From: Candidatus Krumholzibacteriia bacterium
Lineage (GTDB): Bacteria > Krumholzibacteriota > Krumholzibacteriia > LZORAL124-64-63
Assembly (NCBI GenBank): GCA_046484865.1
Contig: JAWOID010000143.1
Coordinates: 1 to 19,556, forward strand
Length of the DNA stretch: 19,556 nt
Direction: 5' to 3'
Each line of letters begins with the position of its first letter. Positions within the stretch are counted from its first letter, which is position 1. Position numbers and translations under genes: made by a program. Positions 1 to 6,757 of the stretch are shown in pieces. The notes beneath the pieces were generated by a model. The model saw only the letters and a program-made list of their open reading frames with translations, searched no databases and was not told where the DNA came from.

Positions 1-67
1 GAGCGGGAGGCCGGGGAACCGGGCAGCGCCTGATCGGTCCGATCGGGCCGGGCGCACGCGACGTCCG

Positions 68-1222
68 TCAGTAACGCAGGATGGCCACCGCGGGCCCGCC
101 GTCCGGCAGTTCCGCCGACGGCCGCGCGTAGGTGACGGCGCCGCGCTGGTGCGCGAAGACCACCGCGCGGTCCAGCAAGTCCGCGTCGCCGGGCTGGCGC
201 TCGGGATGGATCTCGACCGAGCCGTCGTCGGCGACACGTCCCCACACCCGCTGATCGGTGCTCACCAGGAGTGCGGCGACCCGGCCCTGCTGGGTCCAGG
301 GCACGATCTCCTCGAGGCGCGCCGTCGCCAGGCCGGTGCCGCGCAGATCGCCGTAGCGCTCCAGCATCTGCGTCACCGCGCCGGCGAAGATCGGCTGCAT
401 CAGCCGCCAGGCCTCGGCGTGGAGGCGCTGCCGGTCCACTCCCTCCGGATCCAGGGCCACGCCCTCGTCGTGCAGGTCGCTGCGCTGCATGTGCCGATGC
501 ACGTCGGCGAGCACCTCGTCCACCGCAGCGACCACCAGGGGCGTGTTCTGGTCGGGCAACCGTTCACGGAGTCCCGCCTCCAGGACATTGATGAAGTTGA
601 CCATGTCCACCTCGCGCTCGTCCCTGGCGCCGCCGTGACCGTGGAACATCGTGCTATCCTGCCCGGGCGTGGGCGTGCGGACCTTGCTCTGCGACTGCAG
701 GGAGGGCTGGTCGGTCTCCGTCCCCAGCGCGGCGGTGAGGCTCTCCGGGACCGGACCCAGGTCCAGCTCGGTCAGCTCGTCGCGGGTTCCGGCGAACAGC
801 CGCACCCGGTTGGCCGTGACCGTCAACAGGTGGAAGCGACCGTCGTCGGTGACGAGCGGCAGCAGAGGCTTCACATGGAAATGGTCGTTGACGAGGCAGA
901 GCTCCTCGAACGTCAAGGGGCAGCGGCACTCGCGCAATTCGCCGTCGGACAGGAAGAGAGCCAGGCCGTCGAACTGGCGCTCCCAGTAGCTGGCTCGCTC
1001 GAGCAGGGCGCGGCCGGGCGCCAGGAGCCGATCGATGACGGTCTGGCGCAGGCCCTCCTCCGACAGCAGGTCCTCCGCCCTGCCGAGCAGGTTCTTCAGA
1101 CGGATGGGATCCTGGCGAATCTCGCGCCCCGTACGATGGGTGGGCATGTAGATCGAGATCATGGGCAGTTCGCTCGTGGCCAGGGCCAGTTCACGCCACT
1201 GGTCCCGATCGATGGCGCTCAT
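68..1222 (-). CDS. Bacterial archaeo-eukaryotic release factor homolog (baeRF3/baeRF7-type, eRF1/Pelota superfamily), ~384 aa
   Basis: Family-typical segments ISIYMPTHRTG, QDPIRLKNLL, DGLALF, FHVKPLLP and FHGHGG, plus an eRF1-like C-terminus AVAILRY. GAGGAGG lies 5 nt before ATG at 1222, so I prefer this start to the ORF-track GTG at 1228. Confidence 0.8.
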   Translation of the reverse strand: MSAIDRDQWRELALATSELPMISIYMPTHRTGREIRQDPIRLKNLLGRAEDLLSEEGLRQTVIDRLLAPGRALLERASYWERQFDGLALFLSDGELRECRCPLTFEELCLVNDHFHVKPLLPLVTDDGRFHLLTVTANRVRLFAGTRDELTELDLGPVPESLTAALGTETDQPSLQSQSKVRTPTPGQDSTMFHGHGGARDEREVDMVNFINVLEAGLRERLPDQNTPLVVAAVDEVLADVHRHMQRSDLHDEGVALDPEGVDRQRLHAEAWRLMQPIFAGAVTQMLERYGDLRGTGLATARLEEIVPWTQQGRVAALLVSTDQRVWGRVADDGSVEIHPERQPGDADLLDRAVVFAHQRGAVTYARPSAELPDGGPAVAILRY

Positions 1223-1294
1223 GGCCACCTCCTCATGTGCTCCAGGGGGGATTCCGTGCGCGCCGCCGGTGTGGGGGTCCGGTCCATGCCCTAC

Positions 1295-1322
1295 ACGCTA
1301 GCGGGCGCGCCGCCTTCGGCAA
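1295..1322 (-). promoter_or_regulatory. Candidate sigma70-type promoter for the baeRF gene: TTGCCG-N16-TAGCGT
   Basis: Minus strand reads TTGCCG aaggcggcgcgcccgc TAGCGT. The -35 hexamer and spacing match the element at 2274-2301. Confidence 0.5.
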
Positions 1323-1364
1323 CCCGGAAGCGGCCCCAGTCTCGGGTGGGCATGGCTTCCGTGC

Positions 1365-2222
1365 TCAATCACCGGCGAACTGCGGGTACAGCATCATTCC
1401 GCCGTCCACGTAGATGGTGGCGCCGGTGATGTAGTCGGCCTGGTCGGACGCCAGCCACGCCACGGCGCGGCCGATGTCCGCAGGATCGCCCACGCGCCGG
1501 TACGGGATCAGGCGGAGCATGTCCCGGTAGCCCTCGGGCGTCTCCCATGCGGACCGGTTGATATCGGTGTGGATGGCGCCCGGGGCCACCAGGTTCACCC
1601 GGATGCGTCGGGGCGCCAGTTCCTGGGCCAGGGTCTGCATGAACAGGGCCACGCCGCCCTTGCTGGCGCAGTAGTTGGCCCGACCCGCCCAGGGAATGCT
1701 CTGGTGCACCGAGCTGATGGCGACGATCTTGCCGGCGGCCGCCGACACCCGCTCGCGGCTCTCCTGCGCCAGGAACTGCCGCACCGCCGCTCGCGCGCAG
1801 AGGAACTGGCCGGTGAGATTCACCGCCAGCACCTGATGCCACTGGTCCAGCGTCATCTCGGTGAGCGGCGCGTCGCGCTGGATGCCGCTGTTGGCGACCA
1901 GGAGGTCGACGGCGCCGAAGCCGTCCACCGTCTGCCCGACGAGCCGTTCGACATCGTCCTCACGCGACACGTCCGCCTGCACCACCAGGGCGTCACGTCC
2001 GCGGCCGCGAACCTCCTCGGCGACCGCGCGAGCCCCCTCCTCGCTGGAGCGGTAGTTCACCGCCACGTCGCAGCCGGCATCGGCCAGGGCCAGCGCGATG
2101 GCGCGGCCGATCCCCTTGCCGGCACCGGTGACGATGGCCTTCTGCCCCTCGAGGACCGGCCCGAGCGGACGGCGAGGCTGCGGCGGAGGCGGGATGTGGT
2201 CGGGGCGGCTCCGGTCGGTCAT
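1365..2222 (-). CDS. SDR family oxidoreductase, glucose 1-dehydrogenase-like, 285 aa
   Basis: TGAGKGIG Rossmann motif, VNYRSS, NSGIQ, SSVH, IPW, catalytic YCASK, APGAI and DYITGATIYVDGGM. AGGAGG SD upstream. Confidence 0.88.
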   Translation of the reverse strand: MTDRSRPDHIPPPPQPRRPLGPVLEGQKAIVTGAGKGIGRAIALALADAGCDVAVNYRSSEEGARAVAEEVRGRGRDALVVQADVSREDDVERLVGQTVDGFGAVDLLVANSGIQRDAPLTEMTLDQWHQVLAVNLTGQFLCARAAVRQFLAQESRERVSAAAGKIVAISSVHQSIPWAGRANYCASKGGVALFMQTLAQELAPRRIRVNLVAPGAIHTDINRSAWETPEGYRDMLRLIPYRRVGDPADIGRAVAWLASDQADYITGATIYVDGGMMLYPQFAGD

Positions 2223-2267
2223 GACGGTCCCTCCTGAGACGGTCGGTCCCCGGCCAGGAGACCGTCA
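2222..2267 (-). promoter_or_regulatory. SD-sequestering 5' leader hairpin of the gdh-like gene
   Basis: mRNA strand reads TGACGGTCTCCTG-gccggggaccgaccgtct-CAGGAGggACCGTCA(TG). The 13-bp stem has a 2-nt bulge and covers the SD and the A of AUG. Confidence 0.5.
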
Positions 2268-2273
2268 CCCGTC

Positions 2274-2301
2274 AATCTATCGCGCCAGGCGAGGTCGGCA
2301 A
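2274..2301 (-). promoter_or_regulatory. Candidate sigma70-type promoter for the gdh-like gene: TTGCCG-N16-TAGATT
   Basis: Minus strand reads TTGCCG acctcgcctggcgcga TAGATT. The predicted start site (~2267) coincides with the 5' arm of the leader hairpin. Confidence 0.5.
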
Positions 2302-2343
2302 TTCGCCGCCGGCACCACCCGAGGACGTTGGGGCCGAGCCCGA

Positions 2344-2372
2344 TGGTCGCCCGTCCCTGGGATCTCTAGCGT
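2344..2372 (+). promoter_or_regulatory. Candidate promoter for the ASRT-SDR unit: TGGTCG-N17-TAGCGT
   Basis: The TAGCGT hexamer is identical to those at 1295-1300 (-) and 14928-14933 (+). The -35 is weak. An inverted repeat CGTGAC-N10-GTCACG follows at 2379-2400. Confidence 0.3.
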
Positions 2373-2446
2373 TTCCGGCGTGACGTGGCGGGGGGTCACG
2401 ATCATCTCGCCGGTGCCGACCAGCGACCCCGACCCGAGGAGGAACG

Positions 2447-2836
2447 ATGGCAGAGCGAGCCCCCCGCGCGCTAGGGCGCACCACCTGGGTCATCGCCGAG
2501 GGCTACATCCCCGGTTCGAGCCACGGCCCCGAACCCGCGATGACCAGTCACGAGACGGCCTGCCTCCTGAACACCGGACCCGATCCTGCCCACGTGGAGA
2601 TCATGATCTACTTCAGCGACCGGGACCCGGTGGGACCGTACCGGGTGACGGTGCCCGCCCGGCGCACGCTCCACCTGCGCTTCAACTCGCTGGACGATCC
2701 TGCGCCGGTGCCGCACGACACGGACTACGCGTCGGTGATCACCGCCGACGCACCCATCGTCGTCCAGCACAGCCGCCTCGACTCGCGTCAGGCGGAGAAC
2801 GCGCTCATCAGCACGGTGGCGTTTCCCGCCGACTGA
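2447..2836 (+). CDS. Anabaena sensory rhodopsin transducer (ASRT) family protein, 129 aa
   Basis: Near-continuous match to ASRT as I recall it: WVIAEGYIP, HGPEP, SHETACLLN, PVGPYRVTVPARRTLHLRFN, VITADAPIVVQHSRLDSRQAENAL. GAGGAGG SD upstream. Confidence 0.92.
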   Translation: MAERAPRALGRTTWVIAEGYIPGSSHGPEPAMTSHETACLLNTGPDPAHVEIMIYFSDRDPVGPYRVTVPARRTLHLRFNSLDDPAPVPHDTDYASVITADAPIVVQHSRLDSRQAENALISTVAFPAD

Positions 2837-2869
2837 GCCGGTTCGCCCCGCGCAGGCGAAGGGAGCCGC

Positions 2870-3868
2870 ATGGTTCGCAAGGAGCCGCAAGTCGTGGTCG
2901 TCACCGGCGCGTCGGCGGGCGTCGGACGGGCGATCGCCCGGGCGTTCGCGACGCGTCACGCGCATCTCGGGCTGCTGGCTCGCGGCCAGGAGGGACTCGC
3001 CGCCACCGTCCGCGACGTGGAGGCGCGCGGCGGACGCGCGCTGGCCGTGCCCACCGACGTGGCCGACCCCGCGGCCGTCGAGGCCGCCGCCGAGCGCGTG
3101 GAGCAGGAGTTCGGACCCATCGACGTGTGGGTGAACAACGCCATGTGCACCATCCTCGCGCCGCTGCACGAGATCACGGTGGAGGAGTTCCACCGGGTGA
3201 CGGCGGTCACCTACCTCGGACAGGTGCATGGAACGATGGCGGCCCTGAGGCGCATGCGCCCGCGAGGGCGAGGCACGATCGTGCAGGTGGGCTCGGCCCT
3301 GGCCTTCCGTGGCATCCCCCTGCAGACGGCCTACTGCGGCGCCAAGCACGCCGTCCAGGGCTTCACCGAGTCGGTGCGCACCGAGTTGATGCACGAGGGC
3401 ATCGACGTGCAGATCAGCGAGGTGCACCTGCCCGCCATGAACACGCCCCAGTTCAGCTGGTGCCGCACGCGCCTGCCGCGCCATCCGCAGCCCGTGCCGC
3501 CCATCTACCAGCCGGAGGTGGCCGCCCGCGCCGTGGTGCACGTGGTGGACCACCCCCGGCGGCATCTCCTCGTCGGCAGCGCCACGGTGAGGGCGGTCTG
3601 GGGCAACAAGATCGCGCCCGGCCTGGCCGATCGGTACCTCGCCCGGTCGGGCTACGATTCGCAGCAGACCGATACGCCCGTGGCGGCCGATCGTCCCGAC
3701 AACCTGTTCCTGCCGGTCCCCGGCGACGCCGGCGCCCACGGCATCTTCGGCGATCGTGCGAAGCGACGGAGCCGGCAGCTCTGGGCCAGCATGCACCGCT
3801 CGGTGACGGTGCCGGTCGCAGCCGTCGTCCTGCTCCTGGCGATCCTGGCTCTGGTGGCGATCTTCTGA
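2870..3868 (+). CDS. SDR family oxidoreductase with C-terminal hydrophobic anchor, 332 aa
   Basis: TGASAGVG, VWVNNA, QVGSALA, catalytic YCGAK, PVPPIYQPEVAA and DNLF. The C-terminus VPVAAVVLLLAILALVAIF is a likely TM helix. AAGGGAG SD upstream. Confidence 0.88.
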   Translation: MVRKEPQVVVVTGASAGVGRAIARAFATRHAHLGLLARGQEGLAATVRDVEARGGRALAVPTDVADPAAVEAAAERVEQEFGPIDVWVNNAMCTILAPLHEITVEEFHRVTAVTYLGQVHGTMAALRRMRPRGRGTIVQVGSALAFRGIPLQTAYCGAKHAVQGFTESVRTELMHEGIDVQISEVHLPAMNTPQFSWCRTRLPRHPQPVPPIYQPEVAARAVVHVVDHPRRHLLVGSATVRAVWGNKIAPGLADRYLARSGYDSQQTDTPVAADRPDNLFLPVPGDAGAHGIFGDRAKRRSRQLWASMHRSVTVPVAAVVLLLAILALVAIF

Positions 3869-3887
3869 TCCCGTCGACCGGCCCGGC

Positions 3888-5474
3888 TCAGCTGCGCCGC
3901 CGCGCGTTGCGGTGCGCCGGCGATTCCGTCCGGTGCGACCGCGGCGGTGCCGGCGCGCCGAGGCCCGCCTCGACCTCACGTTGAGGTTCCGCCACCAGGT
4001 GCGCCATCGTGTCCAGCCGTTCGGCACCGATCTGCCAGCCGCGCACCAGGAACTCCACGCGGTGTCCCCCCTCCGGCAGCGGTGCGACCCGCACGCGCCC
4101 GAAGTTGTTGGCGTTGCAGCGGAAGTGCCGTCGCAGACGCCATCGTCTCTCGAACAGGTTCGGTGCGAGGACCCCCAACCGGTTCATCTGGCGTTCTCCC
4201 CAGGTCATGGTGGTGGTGATGGCGCTGCTGGTGAGCTGGTGGATCGCCCGCCGGCCGCTGCCGTCGAAGATGTCGAAGGCCGAGGCTACGTGCACGTCGC
4301 CGCTGAGGAGGAAGACCTGGCGGTACTCGTCGCCACGCATCCACTCGAACAGCAGATCCAGGAGCGCGTCGCGCTGGTCGATGAACGCGCTGGCGGTCCA
4401 GCGGTCGCGTACGGTGTTCCCCATGCTGCCGCCGAGACCGTCCAGGAGCCGGGTCACCCAGCGCGAGACGTGCGCCACCGGCACCGAGGTGAAGATGAAG
4501 AGCGTCTGCATGCGCCGGCCGCTCGCCCCCGCCACGTATTCACGGAGGAAGTCCCACTGGGGATCGCCCAGGAGCTTGCCGGCGCTCCAGTCGCGAGCAC
4601 CGCGGGTGTCGGTGACCAGGATTCCCACGTCGCCATGCTCGATGCTGTAATGATACGGCGGTGCCGCCACGCCTCCGCACGGATTGCGCAGGTTCTGGTA
4701 CTCGCAGAACACCCGGGACGCCGCCTCGAACAGGCGCTGGTCGAAAGCCGAGACAGGGCGGATTGACCCCCAGTTGTCGAAGATGTCGTGGTCGTCCCAC
4801 ATGCAGCAGCAGGGCACGGACCGGCGCAGGCGGGCGTACGAGGGAAAGCCCATGAAGCCGCGCGCCAGGTGCCGGTAGACGGCCACCGCCAGCTCGTACG
4901 AGGGCACCTCCCGCCTGTCCTCGCCGAGCAGCTTGCGGACGTTGGTCACCTCGAACTCGTCGGCATACCACTGGTCACCGCCCAGGAGCAGGAGGGCGCA
5001 GCCCCAAGCCTTCAGTTCGTCGGCCATGGCGTTGTAGATCCCCACCGGCGGGCTGTCCTCGAGCCGGTCGCCGCACTCCACGTAAGGGCAGTGGCAGCTG
5101 CCGAACGCGAAGCGCAGCTCGCTGGGGGCTCCAGGCGGCGGGAAGAGACGCCCGCGGAAGGTCCGGCCGTCGCAGCGGCAGGTGAAGGGCGCTCCCGGCG
5201 CGGGTTCGTCCAGGCGGAGATGGATGGCGCCGCACCAGTCGCTCTCCGGCACGAGCGTCGCCTCTCCGTGCACGACCGGTCGGCCCTCCACGTGCAGATC
5301 GGCCGTGGCGTGGCGCGTGTCGGGCAGACGCAGCCACAGCCGCACGCTGCGGTGGTCCACGGCACCCAGCTCCACGGAGCGTTTCATCTCGCCGTGCGGC
5401 CAGACATCCTCGGGAAACGGGTTCTCCACCGGTGGCGCAGGCGGCGGAGCTTCCCTGCGCCCCGGATCGGCCAT
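3888..5474 (-). CDS. PhoD-like (alkaline phosphatase D family) metallophosphatase, ~528 aa, no obvious signal peptide
   Basis: PhoD motifs FGSC, GDQWYAD, WDDHDIFDNW, DTRGAR and LSGDVH. Start reassigned to ATG at 5474, preceded by AAAGGAGG. The ORF-track extension to 5843 overlaps a repeat region and the next gene. Confidence 0.82.
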   Translation of the reverse strand: MADPGRREAPPPAPPVENPFPEDVWPHGEMKRSVELGAVDHRSVRLWLRLPDTRHATADLHVEGRPVVHGEATLVPESDWCGAIHLRLDEPAPGAPFTCRCDGRTFRGRLFPPPGAPSELRFAFGSCHCPYVECGDRLEDSPPVGIYNAMADELKAWGCALLLLGGDQWYADEFEVTNVRKLLGEDRREVPSYELAVAVYRHLARGFMGFPSYARLRRSVPCCCMWDDHDIFDNWGSIRPVSAFDQRLFEAASRVFCEYQNLRNPCGGVAAPPYHYSIEHGDVGILVTDTRGARDWSAGKLLGDPQWDFLREYVAGASGRRMQTLFIFTSVPVAHVSRWVTRLLDGLGGSMGNTVRDRWTASAFIDQRDALLDLLFEWMRGDEYRQVFLLSGDVHVASAFDIFDGSGRRAIHQLTSSAITTTMTWGERQMNRLGVLAPNLFERRWRLRRHFRCNANNFGRVRVAPLPEGGHRVEFLVRGWQIGAERLDTMAHLVAEPQREVEAGLGAPAPPRSHRTESPAHRNARRRS

Positions 5475-5521
5475 GCCCGGTCCCTCCTTTGCCGCCGCAC
5501 CTCGCCGGCGTGCCCGCGCCA

Positions 5522-5600
5522 CCCGCGCCGGCATACTCTCGCCGCCCGCGCCGGCGTACTCTCGCCGCCCGCGCCCGTGCCGCGCCCGTGCCGCGCCCGG
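5522..5600. repeat. Compound tandem repeat: 2 x 23 nt CCCGCGCCGGCRTACTCTCGCCG (5522-5567), then ~3 x 11 nt CGCGCCCGTGC (5570-5600)
   Basis: Read directly from the intergenic sequence between the QC gene and the PhoD-like gene. Confidence 0.85.
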
Positions 5601-5620
5601 CGCTGCATTCCCGCCCTCGC

Positions 5621-6757
5621 TCAGGAGGCCGGTACGAGCTCGATGGCGAAGAGGCGAGGCCAGTTCTTGCCGGTGACGAGGATCCGGCCGGTCGCGGCAT
5701 CGCGGGCGATGCCGTTGAGGACCCCGGCCCCGGTGGGGTTCGCCAGGGACGCTCGCAACTCCATGAGGTCGATCCACCCGGTCACGCGCCCGTCGGCCGC
5801 GTCGATGCGCACGATGTGGTCGCGTCGCCACACGTTGGCCCATACCTCGTCACCGATCACTTCCAGCTCGTTCAGTTCGGTCACCGGCCCGAGCGAGCCG
5901 GTCACCGTCACGGTGTCCAGCGGCGCGTAGGTGATGGGGTCGAGGAAACGCAGGCCGGCGGTGCCGTCGCTCATGATCAGGCGCTCGCCGTCGAAGGCCA
6001 GGCCCCATCCCTGCCCGCCGTAAGTGAAGGTGCCCAGCGGCGCGAACGTGGCGCGGTCGTAGACAAAACCGACGCCGCTCAACCAGGTGAGCTGGACGAT
6101 CCGTTCGGCGATGACGGCGATTCCCTCGCCGAAGTACTCGTCCGGCAGCGTGAACCGCTGCAGCACGGCGCCGGTCTCCAGATCCACCCGGCGCAGCGTC
6201 GACGCGCCGTACAGTCCGGTCCCCTCGTAGAGGACGCCGTCCACCATCGTCAACCCCTGCGTGAACGCCTGCGGGTCGTGCGGGTAGGAGGCGAGGATGC
6301 GCCAGGACCAGACCGGCTCGGTCACCGCCGTCGCCGTCAGGGTACGCGAGACCGCCTGCTCGCCGGCCGTCACCACCAGGGTCGCGATGGCGAGCCCGGG
6401 TGGGAGAGCGGTGCGATCCACGGTCACCACCACGATGTCGGTGTCGAGCGCGGCGGTGCCCGTGGTCGGGCTCAGCTGGACCCACGATGCCGCCGTCGTC
6501 GCGCTCCAGTGCAGGAGGCCGCCGCCGCGGTTGCTCACCCGCAGGGTGTCGCGGCTCCGCGCCAGACCGAGCCCCACGTAGGTGGGCTCCACCTCCAGGA
6601 GCGGGTCGCCCGGTCGCACCGCGATCGTGTCGGGCGCGGTGGGATCGCCGTCGTCGCCGCAGCCGCCGCTCAGCGCCAGGATCGCCGCCAGCGACGCCGC
6701 CGCCAGGGCGCCGGCCGGGGTCGCGAGCACGGATCGGCTGCAGCGGCGCAAGTTCAC
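5621..6757 (-). CDS. Lipoprotein: BACON-like Ig domain + type II (plant/bacterial) glutaminyl-peptide cyclotransferase, ~378 aa
   Basis: Signal peptide II ending LALSGG-C. BACON-like segment VSNRGGGLLHWSATTAASWVQLSP...VTVDRTAL. QC motifs YPHDPQAFTQGL, EGTGLYG, FGEG, QLTW, GWGL, SDG, LNELE, ANVW, VLNGIA and TGKNWP. The GTG start overlaps the upstream TGA (GTGA). Confidence 0.88.
   Translation of the reverse strand: MNLRRCSRSVLATPAGALAAASLAAILALSGGCGDDGDPTAPDTIAVRPGDPLLEVEPTYVGLGLARSRDTLRVSNRGGGLLHWSATTAASWVQLSPTTGTAALDTDIVVVTVDRTALPPGLAIATLVVTAGEQAVSRTLTATAVTEPVWSWRILASYPHDPQAFTQGLTMVDGVLYEGTGLYGASTLRRVDLETGAVLQRFTLPDEYFGEGIAVIAERIVQLTWLSGVGFVYDRATFAPLGTFTYGGQGWGLAFDGERLIMSDGTAGLRFLDPITYAPLDTVTVTGSLGPVTELNELEVIGDEVWANVWRRDHIVRIDAADGRVTGWIDLMELRASLANPTGAGVLNGIARDAATGRILVTGKNWPRLFAIELVPAS

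Noticed and set aside
5522..5600. Possible CRISPR array in the tandem repeats (also 17760-17855)
   Set aside because: The units are directly adjacent with no unique spacers, and no cas genes are present.
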